Source: an uncultured delta proteobacterium
GTDB lineage: Bacteria > Desulfobacterota > Binatia > UBA9968
DNA: 64,000 nucleotides
Assembly: GCA_963847445.1 (NCBI GenBank)
Contig: CAWJZV010000025.1
Location: forward strand, 32,001 to 96,000
Direction: 5' to 3'
Positions 8,626 through 19,251 of this stretch are shown here, one piece after another. Under the pieces are notes generated by a model, which ran no database searches, was not told where the DNA came from, and saw only the letters and a program-made list of their open reading frames with translations. The position numbers were made by a program, and so were the translations under genes. Positions within the stretch are counted from its first letter, which is position 1. Each line of letters begins with the position of its first letter.

Positions 8626-11600
8626 ATGAGAAAATCCCTTTCCAATCTAACAACAATCGGGGTTGTTTGCGCGCTTTATTTTATTATCGGTAAGCTTGGG
8701 TCGTGGTTGGCCGCTGTCGATCCAAACGCAACGGTAGTTTGGCCGCCAACAGGCTTTGCGCTTGCGGCTGTTCTCCTGCTCGGACAGCGCGTTTGGCCGG
8801 CAATCCTGTGCGGCGACGTTCTGCTCAATGTAACCACGATTGGATCATTTGAGACCTCGCTTGGCATCGCGGCGGGAAATACCGTCGAAGCGCTTGTCGG
8901 CGCCTGGCTCGCTAGCCGCTTCGCTAACGGTGGTAGCGCGTTCGATCGAGCCAGTGATGTTGTCAAGTTTGTTGCGCTTGCCGGCCTGACGAGCACAGTA
9001 ATCGGCGCCACGTTCGGCGTGACTAGCCTCTGCCTAGGCGGATTCGCCCGTTGGGATGATTATTTGGTCCTATGGGCCACCTGGTCGCTCGGCCATTTGA
9101 CCAGCAATCTAGTCATAGCTCCGCTGATCCTGGTCTGGACGGTGACGCCCTTGCCTCATTGGCAGCCCCGTTCGGCGATCGACGCCGTGTTCTTGTCGCT
9201 GCCGGTCTTGGTTGTTGGCCAGATGGTTTTCGGAGCGTGGGTTTCAAGCGATAGCAAATCTGATCCGATAGTATTCTTGTGTATTCTACCGCTTTTTTTG
9301 GCCGCGCTCCGGTTCGGCCAACACGGGGCGGTAACGGCGACCTATGCGATGGCGGCATCGGCAATCTGGGGTACCCTGCATGGATTCGGTCCTTTTGCGT
9401 TAGCAGACGCTAATGAGTTAGTTTTCCTGTTACAAACATTTTTGGCTACGATCGCTGGAGCTACCCTCGTCCTCACCGCCGTTCTCTCCGAGCACAAACG
9501 CACCGAGGAGCTATTTCACTTGGTGGTGGAGTCGGTGCCCAACGGGTTGATGATGATCGATCACAATGGACTGGTCGTCCTGGCCAACCCTCAGATGGAG
9601 AGGATGTTTGGTTACTCCAGCCAGGAATTGCTCGGCCAGCCGGTCGAGACATTAATAGTAGGGGGGTATCGTGACCAACACCTGGGGCATAGAGAAGAAT
9701 TTTTTACCGATCCGAAAGTGCGGTCGATGGGTGCCGGAAGGGATCTCTTCGGTTTGCGCAAAGACGGCAGTGAATTTCCCGTAGAAATCGGCTTGAACCC
9801 GATTAACACGCCTGAGGGCGCCCAGGTCTTAGCTTCGGTTATCGATATTACTGAGCGTCGCGCGTACGAGTCTCGGTTACAGCATAGCGAGGAGCGGTTT
9901 CGCTCAATGATCGAGAATGTTAAAGATCACGCGATTTATATGCTCGATCCCGAGGGACGCGTGCTCACGTGGAACCAAGGTGCCCAACGAACTAGGGGTT
10001 ATCGCGACCACGAAATCATCGGTAAGCCTTATGATGAGCTTTTTCCAGCCGAGGATCGGGCGGCCGGCAGAGCCCAAGAACTTTTAGCAACGGCGCTAGC
10101 CGAGGGTCAATGTGAAACGGAGGGTTGGCGCGCGCGTAAGGACGGCTCCAAGTTTTGGGCCAGCACCATCATAACCGCGGTGCGCGACGCTGACGGAAAG
10201 CTCATCGGTTTTTCCAACGTTACCCGGGATCTAACCCGGTGGAAGCGGATTGAGGACGAGCTGACGTTGGCCAAAGAAGAGGCTGACGCGGCGAATCAGG
10301 CCAAATCTGATTTCTTGGCGAATATCAGCCACGAGATTCGCACGCCGATGGCCGGCGTGATCGGTATGTCTGGGCTGCTGTGTGACACCGAGCTCACTGC
10401 TAAACAGCGGGAATACTGCGAGATTATCAGAGGTTCCGGCGAATCTTTGCTGACCATCATCAACGAGCTCTTGGATTTTTCCAAGATCGAGTCCGGCATG
10501 TTGGAGCTCGAGATAATCGATTTCGATCTGCGCAGCGCGATGAAAGAATTTGTCGAGTTATTTGTCCGCGAGGCCGACGACAAAGGGATTGAGCTGATCA
10601 ATTTTATCCACCCCGACGTGCCGGCGAATCTAAGAGGCGATCCGGGACGATTACGGCAAATCCTCTCCAATCTGGTCGGCAACGCGCTCAAGTTTACGAC
10701 CAAGGGAGAAGTGGCCGTTTGGGTCGAGGTCGTCGAGCAGAATCAGAATTCGATTAACTTACGCTTCGCAGTGAACGATACCGGGATCGGCATCGCCAAA
10801 GACAAAATCGACAAGCTATTCAACGCTTTTACTCAAGCCGACTCCTCGATCACGCGGAAGTATGGCGGCACGGGACTGGGCTTGGCGATCTCAAAAAAAT
10901 TCGTCGACCTTATGGGTGGCCAGATCGGTGTCAGCAGCGAGGAAGGTCGTGGCAGTAGTTTTTGGTTTACCGTGGAGTTGGAAAAAGGCCATTTGACTGA
11001 GCCGGCACGCCAGATTCATGTGGAATTAAGCAGGATGCGCATGCTGATCGTCGATGACAGCTCAACCCATCGAGCGTTGCTGGAAAGCTACCTAAGTTCA
11101 TTGGGCATCGCCAGCCAGAGCGCCGCCGACGCGACGTTTGCGCTAAAATTATTGCGCGCATCCGCGCAACGCGGCGAACTGCCGGACCTGGTCTTGTTGG
11201 ATTCATCGTTGCCGGGTACGAATGCTCCCGAATGGGCGCGGGCGATCAGGCGCGAGAATGGGTTGAGTCGGCTGAAGCTTTTGCTGATGACTACGGCGAG
11301 CCAGCGGTTCGATCTTGGGGTATACGATAACGGCGGTATCGACGGATTTCTCACTAAGCCCATCGGTCTTGCACCATTGATCGAGTGTTTGGCCGTGGTG
11401 ACGGGAAAAGCGCCGAAGGTTGACGCTTCAACGGCGATACCTTCGCGACACAGCAGACCGGCGCTTGCGGCGCAGCAGCCGCTGCGCATTCTCGTCGCCG
11501 ACGATAATTACATCAATCAAAAGGTGGCGGTGAGTTTGCTCGAGAATCTCGGCCATCGGGCCGACGTGGTGGCCAATGGGCACGAGGCGATAGAGGCTTA

Positions 11601-12261
11601 CAGGCTGGTTCCTTATGACATGATTTTGATGGACGTGCAGATGCCGGAAATGGATGGCCTTGAGACCAGCCGGAAAATTCGCGCGCTCGAGAAAACCAAG
11701 AACCGCCATACACCGATCATCGCGATGACCGCGCATGCCAGGAAAGAAGACCAGGAAAAATGTTTGGCGGCGGGCATGGACGATTACGTTTCGAAGCCGG
11801 TCAACCCGCGGGAATTGAAAGCCGCCATCGCGCGCAGAACCGCCGCATCGATGACGATCCCCCCAATTGAGCCTCCAACACTAGCGCCAGCGCATGCCGA
11901 TGTCCTCAACTTCTCGCATGCCTTAGAGTTGGTCGATGGTAATCGCGAACTGCTTTGCGAGGTGGCGCGCATCTTTCTCAACCAGTATCCCAAAGCACTG
12001 GCAGAAACCCGGCGCGCGCTGGCGCAGGAGGATTATCAAACACTGACCAGCACGGCGCACAACTTGGTCTCATCGGTGGGACAATTAGGCGGCCAAAGGG
12101 CCGTGGCGGCAGCGCGCAAACTAGAACTTATTAGCAGCGACGGCGATCGTTCCCAGGTTCCGGCTGCGCTCGCGGAACTTGAGAGAGAACTCTTGTGGCT
12201 CAAATCGGCGATGTCCAATCCGGCTTATTTTCGCTTACCGCCCGCCGAGGCGCTGCACTGA
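8626..12261 (+). CDS. Hybrid sensor histidine kinase MASE1-PAS-PAS-HisKA-HATPase-REC-REC-HPt
   Basis: VWPPTG MASE1 transmembrane region, two PAS/PAC domains, SHEIRTP H-box, GGTGLGL, two REC domains, AHNLVSS HPt; ATG at 8626 preferred. Confidence 0.9.
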   Translation: MRKSLSNLTTIGVVCALYFIIGKLGSWLAAVDPNATVVWPPTGFALAAVLLLGQRVWPAILCGDVLLNVTTIGSFETSLGIAAGNTVEALVGAWLASRFANGGSAFDRASDVVKFVALAGLTSTVIGATFGVTSLCLGGFARWDDYLVLWATWSLGHLTSNLVIAPLILVWTVTPLPHWQPRSAIDAVFLSLPVLVVGQMVFGAWVSSDSKSDPIVFLCILPLFLAALRFGQHGAVTATYAMAASAIWGTLHGFGPFALADANELVFLLQTFLATIAGATLVLTAVLSEHKRTEELFHLVVESVPNGLMMIDHNGLVVLANPQMERMFGYSSQELLGQPVETLIVGGYRDQHLGHREEFFTDPKVRSMGAGRDLFGLRKDGSEFPVEIGLNPINTPEGAQVLASVIDITERRAYESRLQHSEERFRSMIENVKDHAIYMLDPEGRVLTWNQGAQRTRGYRDHEIIGKPYDELFPAEDRAAGRAQELLATALAEGQCETEGWRARKDGSKFWASTIITAVRDADGKLIGFSNVTRDLTRWKRIEDELTLAKEEADAANQAKSDFLANISHEIRTPMAGVIGMSGLLCDTELTAKQREYCEIIRGSGESLLTIINELLDFSKIESGMLELEIIDFDLRSAMKEFVELFVREADDKGIELINFIHPDVPANLRGDPGRLRQILSNLVGNALKFTTKGEVAVWVEVVEQNQNSINLRFAVNDTGIGIAKDKIDKLFNAFTQADSSITRKYGGTGLGLAISKKFVDLMGGQIGVSSEEGRGSSFWFTVELEKGHLTEPARQIHVELSRMRMLIVDDSSTHRALLESYLSSLGIASQSAADATFALKLLRASAQRGELPDLVLLDSSLPGTNAPEWARAIRRENGLSRLKLLLMTTASQRFDLGVYDNGGIDGFLTKPIGLAPLIECLAVVTGKAPKVDASTAIPSRHSRPALAAQQPLRILVADDNYINQKVAVSLLENLGHRADVVANGHEAIEAYRLVPYDMILMDVQMPEMDGLETSRKIRALEKTKNRHTPIIAMTAHARKEDQEKCLAAGMDDYVSKPVNPRELKAAIARRTAASMTIPPIEPPTLAPAHADVLNFSHALELVDGNRELLCEVARIFLNQYPKALAETRRALAQEDYQTLTSTAHNLVSSVGQLGGQRAVAAARKLELISSDGDRSQVPAALAELERELLWLKSAMSNPAYFRLPPAEALH

Positions 12262-12467
12262 TATTCCAGACCTCGCTATTGCCTATTGTCATCGCCTGCA
12301 CACCGCGGCTGGAGTGATATTGGCGCCTTCCGGGTACTGCGACCGCATGATCACGTCGATAAACGACAGCAGAGATTCATCACGGTTTTTTCCCTCCAAC
12401 CGCCCTACCGAGGCAACCGTCTGAATCAATTCGACGGCGAATGACACCACTAAGTATCTGGCGATTC

Positions 12468-12568
12468 TGTACAATTTTGTCCATATATTGTTCATTTTTG
12501 CACAACAATCTCTTTTCGCTCCCGGAAATTGCTAAATAGCTGCCAATTTTTTTGGCCCATTTGTTGCG
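12468..12568 (+). promoter_or_regulatory. Putative sigma54 promoter with tandem TGT-N10-ACA-like enhancer sites
   Basis: TGGCCCA-TTTG-TTGC at 12553-12567; TGTTCATTTTTGCACA at 12489-12504 and near-match TGTACAATTTTGTCCA at 12468-12483. Confidence 0.5.
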
Positions 12569-12812
12569 CATCGACAAATTCGCAGGAAGCAATGCGTGTT
12601 TCAGGCAGCCAGTGGTCAGGAATCGACCTATTTCAGTCGATCCGGTAAATGCAATGAATCATGGATCCCCTCAGAGCAGCCTAGGTAATAGCGTTGACAG
12701 CAGCGCTTTTCACTGGACATCAAGTGGGTTAGCCATGATTGGGCAAACCCATCCGGGCTAAGAGTCGATGCAAGTTGAATCTAGGTAACAGCATCGACCG
12801 ACAAGATATCGT

Positions 12813-15800
12813 ATGCGACTGACGGTGATCCATAAGATTGGCTTGGCTCTGGCCGTTGTTTTACTCCTCGGACTGATGCCAGTGCTGATGATCTTTAATG
12901 GTCTTAAGCAGCTGGAGCAGACAGTCGGCCAAGTGACCGATATCGACGAACCGATCAGCGCCGCCGCCTACGAGATGGAAATCAGCACGATCGCTAGCGG
13001 CATGGCGGTACTCAAGTATCTGGAGACCGGTGACGCCGAATACCGCGCGCAGCTGGCGCAACATGAGGACGACTTTGGCAGATTCAAGGCCCAGTACGAC
13101 CGCGTAGTTGGCACCGAGACGGGCAAGGCGTTGGGACAAAAGATCGTCGTTCTTTACCAGAAGTTCAAGACTCTCGGTAAAATCTTGATGGACCGAAAGG
13201 ATGAACAAGAGCTGATCTTTAGCAAAATTGGCGCGGAGTTTGAGAAATTAGACGAGATCGTCGACAAAAAAATACAGGCAAAAATAGACCGACGGGGAGC
13301 GGACGGAATCGACAAGACCATACGAGCGGGGAAAATGGAGGCCAATATTGCCGAGATCGGCGCCTGGCTGGGCAACTATCTTCGAACTCCAAAAAAGCGC
13401 TACAAGGAGCGTATTTTTGCCAATGCCAACGATTTTCTGGAGGAGCTTGGACAATTCAAAAAGCTCAAATTGACCGAAGCGGAAATACACTGGACAGGAG
13501 AGCTGGCAAAAGAGTTTAAGCGCAACCTGCTCCTGGTTCAAAGGGTTCTGGTGGTTCACAACTCCCAGCAAACCAGCCTCGATTCGTTCCTCGATCTACG
13601 AGCGAAGATGGACGACCTGCTGGATGATCAGATCCAGCTCTTGGCCGTGAAAAATCTTGTTGAATCTAAAAAACGGGCGGCTCAGGCATCGGCTTATGCC
13701 GTCCGCATGGCCGTCGTTTTGGTCCCTTTATTTATACTGTGCGCTATCGGCGCCGTCCTGCTTATCATGCGTAGCATTAAAAGGCCGCTTAAGCAGTTGA
13801 TGGACGGTACTCAAGCCATTGCCAAGGGTGACCTAACCTATCGCTTGGTTCCAAGAGGTACGGATGAGTTTGGCGAATTGGCAGAGAATTTCAACCGGAT
13901 GGTAGTTCAATTAGACGCCACAACCGTTTCTAAAGTTTGCTTAGAGGCAAGTGAAGAAAAGTTGCGGGTCGCTAATGCCAGTTTGATTGAAGACATCTCC
14001 GAGCTCGAGGCGATGGAGGAGCGGTTGCGGCAAAGCGAAGCGCGTTTCCGATCGATGATCGAAAATGTCAAAGACCATGCGATTTTTATGTTGGATGCCG
14101 GCGGCCGGGTGATGACCTGGAACCAAGGAGCCGAATCGGTCGGAGGATATCGGCTCGAAGAAATTATCGGCAAATATTTTTCTTGTTTCTATACGGCCGA
14201 AGATATTCATAGCGGAAAACCGCAGCGAATTTTAAACACCGCCATGGCCGGCGGCTACTGCGAGGATGAGGGTTGGCGCATACGCAAGGACGGATCGAGG
14301 TATTGGGCCAATGTGGTGATCACCGCGGTGCGCAATGGCGGGAACGAGCTGCTGGGCTTTTCAAACGTGACCCGGGATCTGACTCGTCGTCGGCGCGTAG
14401 AGGTGGAGTTGCAAGCGGCCAAAGAAAACGCCGAATCCGCCAATGAAGCGAAGTCTAGTTTTCTCGTCAATATCAGCCATGAGATTCGCACACCGATGAC
14501 GGGAATCCTCGGGATGGCGGGATTATTATCGGAGACCGAATTGACGCCCAGGCAGAAGGAATTTTGCGACGTCATCAAGCAGTCCGGCGACGCGCTCTTG
14601 ACGATCATCAACGAACTATTGGATTTTTCCAAGATCGAGTCGGGCAAGATGGATCTCGAGATCCTCGATTTCAATCTGCGCAGTGTGGTCGACGACGTAG
14701 TGGCGCTGTTCGCCAAGCAAGCGGCGGATAAGGGCGTGGACTTGGTCCACTCGATGAACGCCACAGTGCCCTCGGAGCTGCGCGGCGACCCAGGGCGGCT
14801 GCGCCAGATCCTGGCGAATCTGGTCGGCAACGCGCTCAAGTTTACTAACCAAGGGGAAGTGGTGGTTGAGGTGACGGTGGAGGAGACCGGCGGGGAGTGG
14901 GCCAAACTGCGTATCGAGGTGAGCGACACCGGCATCGGCATCTCCGAGAACAAGATCGGTCAGCTGTTTAGTGCGTTCACCCAAGCCGACGCCTCGATCA
15001 CGCGCAAATACGGCGGCACGGGTTTGGGGTTGGTGCTTTGCAAGAAGTTCGTCGATCTGATGGGCGGACAGATCGGGGTGAGTAGTGTAGACGGCCAGGG
15101 CAGCCGCTTTTGGTTCAGCGTGCAGTTGGCCAGGAGTTACGACTCTCGCCATTCGACGCCGGTGCCGCATAGCCAGTTGCGCGGCTTGCATGTGCTGCTG
15201 GCGCAGGGTAAGCGCACGGCGCGCACGGTTCTAGAACACTATCTGAGTTCGCTGGGGATGAGCTACGACAGCGCCGAAGACAGTGCGGCAGCGCTGGAAC
15301 TGTTGGCTGGATCGGCTTCGCCGGGCAAGGCCTACGACTTGGCGATCATTGATGGTAACTCGCAGGTTAATTTGCCGGGGATGAATGGATTCCAACTGGC
15401 CCACGCCGTGAGGCGGGACAAGCGCTGGGATGGGTTGAAGCTGGTCATCCTTACCGCGGTGAGCAAACTCGGAGATGGTGAGCAGGCGCGGCAACCGGGC
15501 ATCGACGGATATCTGCTCAACCCGGTAAGCTTATCTCAGTTGGGCGAGTGTTTGGCGCTGGCGATGGGCGAGAGTGGGCAGGATGACGCATCGGCGGTGC
15601 CGATTACGCGGCCCGGCTTGGGAGAGGTTAAGGTACAGCGCCGGCTGCGCATCCTGGTGGCCGACGATAATCACATCAATCAAAAGGTGACCGCTAGTCT
15701 GTTGCAGAATCAGGGGCACCGCGCCGACGTGGTGAGCAACGGCAACGAGGCGGTGCAAGCCTACAAGTTGGTTCCCTACGAAATAGTCCTGTTGGATTTG

Positions 15801-16427
15801 CAGATGCCCGAGATGGACGGCTACGAGGCCGGCCGGCAAATTCGCTCGCTACAGCGCGAGCGCGGTCGTCATTGCGCCATCGTCGCGGTGACCGCGCACG
15901 CCATGGCAGGGTTCAAGGAGCAGTGCATCGCCGCCGGTTTCGACGACTACATATCCAAGCCGATTCTACCACGGGAACTTAAACGCGTCATCGTGCGCGC
16001 CGCTGCTAAAAGCTTCACGGAGGCTGCCGTAATAGAGCCGACCGCGCGCCATGCCCGACTCGAAGCGATCGACATTATGGATGCCCTCGCGCGCGTCGAG
16101 GGTAACCGCGAGCTGCTCGACGAGATCGCCAAGATGTTTTTGGATGAGTATCCAAGACTTCTAGAGGAAATCCGTCAAGCCTTGTCAGCGGCCAACTGCA
16201 AGACGCTGACCGGCGCGGTCCATACGCTCGGCTCTTCAGCGGGACAGGTGGGTGCCGGTCATGCGCTCGCCATCGCCCGGGCGATCGAGGAACTGGGATC
16301 GCACAATGACTTGGCAAGCGTTTCGCCAGCCCTCGCCGAGCTCGAAGCGGAGCTGTCGTTAGTCCGATCGGCGCTCAACGAGCGCGGCTTTGGCTTGCGC
16401 GACTCTCCACGACAGTCGATTCATTGA
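12813..16427 (+). CDS. Hybrid sensor histidine kinase (periplasmic helical sensor-HAMP-PAS-HisKA-HATPase-REC-REC-HPt)
   Basis: Two TM segments, HAMP (DEFGELAENFNRM), PAS, SHEIRTP, two REC domains, VHTLGSS HPt; core closely paralogous to the upstream kinase. Confidence 0.9.
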   Translation: MRLTVIHKIGLALAVVLLLGLMPVLMIFNGLKQLEQTVGQVTDIDEPISAAAYEMEISTIASGMAVLKYLETGDAEYRAQLAQHEDDFGRFKAQYDRVVGTETGKALGQKIVVLYQKFKTLGKILMDRKDEQELIFSKIGAEFEKLDEIVDKKIQAKIDRRGADGIDKTIRAGKMEANIAEIGAWLGNYLRTPKKRYKERIFANANDFLEELGQFKKLKLTEAEIHWTGELAKEFKRNLLLVQRVLVVHNSQQTSLDSFLDLRAKMDDLLDDQIQLLAVKNLVESKKRAAQASAYAVRMAVVLVPLFILCAIGAVLLIMRSIKRPLKQLMDGTQAIAKGDLTYRLVPRGTDEFGELAENFNRMVVQLDATTVSKVCLEASEEKLRVANASLIEDISELEAMEERLRQSEARFRSMIENVKDHAIFMLDAGGRVMTWNQGAESVGGYRLEEIIGKYFSCFYTAEDIHSGKPQRILNTAMAGGYCEDEGWRIRKDGSRYWANVVITAVRNGGNELLGFSNVTRDLTRRRRVEVELQAAKENAESANEAKSSFLVNISHEIRTPMTGILGMAGLLSETELTPRQKEFCDVIKQSGDALLTIINELLDFSKIESGKMDLEILDFNLRSVVDDVVALFAKQAADKGVDLVHSMNATVPSELRGDPGRLRQILANLVGNALKFTNQGEVVVEVTVEETGGEWAKLRIEVSDTGIGISENKIGQLFSAFTQADASITRKYGGTGLGLVLCKKFVDLMGGQIGVSSVDGQGSRFWFSVQLARSYDSRHSTPVPHSQLRGLHVLLAQGKRTARTVLEHYLSSLGMSYDSAEDSAAALELLAGSASPGKAYDLAIIDGNSQVNLPGMNGFQLAHAVRRDKRWDGLKLVILTAVSKLGDGEQARQPGIDGYLLNPVSLSQLGECLALAMGESGQDDASAVPITRPGLGEVKVQRRLRILVADDNHINQKVTASLLQNQGHRADVVSNGNEAVQAYKLVPYEIVLLDLQMPEMDGYEAGRQIRSLQRERGRHCAIVAVTAHAMAGFKEQCIAAGFDDYISKPILPRELKRVIVRAAAKSFTEAAVIEPTARHARLEAIDIMDALARVEGNRELLDEIAKMFLDEYPRLLEEIRQALSAANCKTLTGAVHTLGSSAGQVGAGHALAIARAIEELGSHNDLASVSPALAELEAELSLVRSALNERGFGLRDSPRQSIH

Positions 16428-16511
16428 GCTGCGACAGAGCTGCCGACTGCGGCACCATGCGAGCTAAATGAGTCCGTTTGGACACGCAGCACCGGGTAGC
16501 GAGGCGACCGC

Positions 16512-16633
16512 GTGCAACATCGTCTGTGTGTCCTCGTGGTTGACACCCACCACTTCAAGTAAAAGTTACCGCTAGTTTGCTCGAGAGAATGGGCCACCGG
16601 GCCGATGTCGTCAGGGACGGCAAAGAGGCGGTA
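16512..16633 (+). pseudogene. Decayed receiver-domain fragment
   Basis: Reads VQHRLCVLVVDTH then, after a shift, KVTASLLERMGHRADVVRDGKEAV; aligns to REC2 of both kinases. Confidence 0.7.
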
Positions 16634-16934
16634 GCCGTTCAAATTCATCTGTTAGTTAGCCTTCGACTGAATCGGCATGAAATCTCAGGCAAGAGCGGGA
16701 TTTTTGAGAACAACCCGCCAAAGCGCTCGCATCTGGCTGTCGCAGTCTGCTATAAATTGCGGTGTTCGACGGACCGGCTGGGTAGGGTCTATGGCGCGCG
16801 GAAGAAGCCTGAGCTTTTGAGGAATTAGCAATCATCAGCGAGACTGAACAGGCTGGCCGGGGCTATAAGGGCACGACGAATAGTTGGAACTTCGCTGATT
16901 GCGGAAGTTAAGACTAAGCAAAGAGGTGCAGCGT

Positions 16935-17327
16935 ATGAAAATTGTCCACACCATGATCCGAGTCAACAATCTCGATGAGAGTTTGAAATTCTATTGCGAC
17001 GGCCTCGGTATGACGCTTTTAAAGAAACGTGACTATGAGTCGGGCCGCTTTACCAACGTGTTCGTCGGCTATGGTTCAGAGGATACTGATGCGGTCATCG
17101 AGCTCACCTATAATTGGGACACCCACGCTTATGACATCGGCAACGGCTTCGGCCATATCGCGCTCGGCGTGCCGGATGTCTACAAGACCTGCGATGAGTT
17201 GCGCGCCAAAGGCGTGAAAATTACACGCGAGCCCGGGCCGATGAAACATGGCAGCGGCGCCAACGCCATCGCCTTCCTCGAAGATCCCAATGGGTACAAG
17301 ATCGAGCTGACGACGCGGGCAGAGTAG
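16935..17327 (+). CDS. gloA: Lactoylglutathione lyase (glyoxalase I)
   Basis: HTMIRV, ELTYNW, GFGHIA, EDPNGYKIE. Confidence 0.92.
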   Translation: MKIVHTMIRVNNLDESLKFYCDGLGMTLLKKRDYESGRFTNVFVGYGSEDTDAVIELTYNWDTHAYDIGNGFGHIALGVPDVYKTCDELRAKGVKITREPGPMKHGSGANAIAFLEDPNGYKIELTTRAE

Positions 17328-17616
17328 GGGACGACGAGGACATGCACGAGTAAGATGGTCGTAGAATACTCTGTATGTTGTAAATATACGGTCGAGTATA
17401 TGGCAACTATTCATTGCAGCTTGCGAGGCAACAGCGGGGCTCAAACGATAAGAGTGTTCGTTAAAGCAACGAACTAATCTACTGCCGTAATGTAATCGGA
17501 GCAGACTGCCGTTCGGAACTGAAATCGCTAGGATTGGGCGCGCAGTATGTCGCGGTTTGCTTGCCCGCCTTCGCACCGGCGACGGTGCAGCGCGACGCTG
17601 ATTAACTGTTCAAAAT

Positions 17617-18099
17617 CTACAAAAACCGCATCACCGCGAATATTCCGATCATCGCTAAGGCCATGGCGATTTTGAGGGCGGCGCCGAGGACTAAGCCGAT
17701 GGTGGCGCCGATGCCGGCGCGGGCGGCCTGGTGCAGATTTCTCTGGGCTGACAGCTCACCGATCACTGCGCCGATGAACGGACCGAAGATGACGCCGGGC
17801 AGGCCGAGAAACAGGCCGGCGACGAGTCCGATAAGAGCACCGATGATGGCGCGTTTGGATGCGCCGAATTTCTTGGCGCCAAACATTGTGGCCCAAAAGT
17901 CCACGGCGTAAGTCAATCCTGCCAAAACCGTCAGAACGGCTATCGTTCCCAGGCCGACGTAAGTAAAATCGTTAGCCCAAGCGCCGACAATGAGACCTAT
18001 TAGAATTAGCGGCGCACCCGGTAAGCCGGGTAGGACGAGTCCGACCAAACCGAGTCCGACCAGAAGAGCCGCACCGACCCAGTAGACAATGACTTCCAT
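17617..18099 (-). CDS. DUF456 family membrane protein
   Basis: GLVLPGLPG, GAKKFGASK, GPFIGAVIGE. Confidence 0.85.
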   Translation of the reverse strand: MEVIVYWVGAALLVGLGLVGLVLPGLPGAPLILIGLIVGAWANDFTYVGLGTIAVLTVLAGLTYAVDFWATMFGAKKFGASKRAIIGALIGLVAGLFLGLPGVIFGPFIGAVIGELSAQRNLHQAARAGIGATIGLVLGAALKIAMALAMIGIFAVMRFL

Positions 18100-18142
18100 G
18101 GGTTCGCTTCGTTATCGTCGAGCCTGGTTGCGCTGATTCGTT

Positions 18143-18904
18143 TCAGCGCGGCAGCCTCTCAAGTTTCAGGCGCTGCCGTCGCCGCGTCGCGGGTGCGACG
18201 CCATGCCCCTTGAACTGCGTTAACCGCACCGCGATGACTTTGTAAACATCTGCGGAGAAGCCAAATCCGAGGTGAGTCGATATGACTTCGACATGTTCGA
18301 TGTTGGGAGTTTGACCGTCTATACATGCTTGCCAGGCCACCATCGAGTCCTTGCGCGAATAGATCGCCACAACCGGTACCTCCAGGTTGGCCATTTTACT
18401 GCGCAGCTCGACCTCGGCGGCGATGGCTTCAACATCGATACCGCGCTTGCGATAGGATTTCGCCGCAGCCGTGTATTTGGGGCCGCCGACGACCGGCGTG
18501 CCCAGGGTAATCACCAGACGAACGAGGTCGGGACGCTCGCGCGCCAGCTCGCGGGCCAAGTACCCGCCGAAGCTCCAGCCAATGATGGCGACCTTTTGCT
18601 TGCTCCGTCGGGATAAATTTCCCAACCGTCGCAAAAGCCGCGGCAGCGACTCGCTGGCAGCGCCGCGATTTCGACCCAGACCCCAACCCCGCGCTCGATA
18701 GCCGAGTAGACGCAAATAGCCCTTGAGAATCATCGTCGAGCCGTCGCCGGCGCCATAGCCAGGAAGGACGAGAATCGGTTCGCCGTTGCCGCGCGGCTGG
18801 CGCGCGAGGGAGGGAAATCTTAACAGAAGCCGCGGTAACTCGATCAGCCCGCGCGCTTCGCGCATCAAATGGGACGACGACGGTGGTTGGAGGATTTCAC
18901 TCAT
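18143..18904 (-). CDS. Alpha/beta hydrolase
   Basis: VLPGY, GWSFGG nucleophile elbow, YSRKD, THLG. Confidence 0.85.
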   Translation of the reverse strand: MSEILQPPSSSHLMREARGLIELPRLLLRFPSLARQPRGNGEPILVLPGYGAGDGSTMILKGYLRLLGYRARGWGLGRNRGAASESLPRLLRRLGNLSRRSKQKVAIIGWSFGGYLARELARERPDLVRLVITLGTPVVGGPKYTAAAKSYRKRGIDVEAIAAEVELRSKMANLEVPVVAIYSRKDSMVAWQACIDGQTPNIEHVEVISTHLGFGFSADVYKVIAVRLTQFKGHGVAPATRRRQRLKLERLPR

Positions 18905-19251
18905 GGGTTCCGGTGGCTCAACGTTGGAGGTTCGATGCTACCTAAAATCCGCTTGCCGAACAATGCCGATAGGTGCAGGCCGCCCTTCTCTGAGAGTTGG
19001 ATAGATGAGTGCCGGCGCGATCTCCTGTTTCATCCGGCTGCTGTCGGTGATGACCGTGGTCATGCCCATTTGAATCATTTCGCGCATTGGCGGTGATTTA
19101 CTATGCAAAACGTGCGCCGACAATGAGGAGGTCACGACTTCGCGACTCGGTAATTCGGTATCGCGGCTTGAATGACTTTCACTTCTTGTCCGATGAGCCA
19201 TTTCTCTATAGGTGAATTTCATCGGTCTAGACCTCTACGGAATCTGAGTTG

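Noticed and set aside
17368-17392. LexA box
   Set aside because: Spacing does not fit CTGT-N8-ACAG and there is no adjacent gene start
18938-19222. Possible small protein upstream of the hydrolase
   Set aside because: Weak RBS and no recognisable motif; cannot be supported
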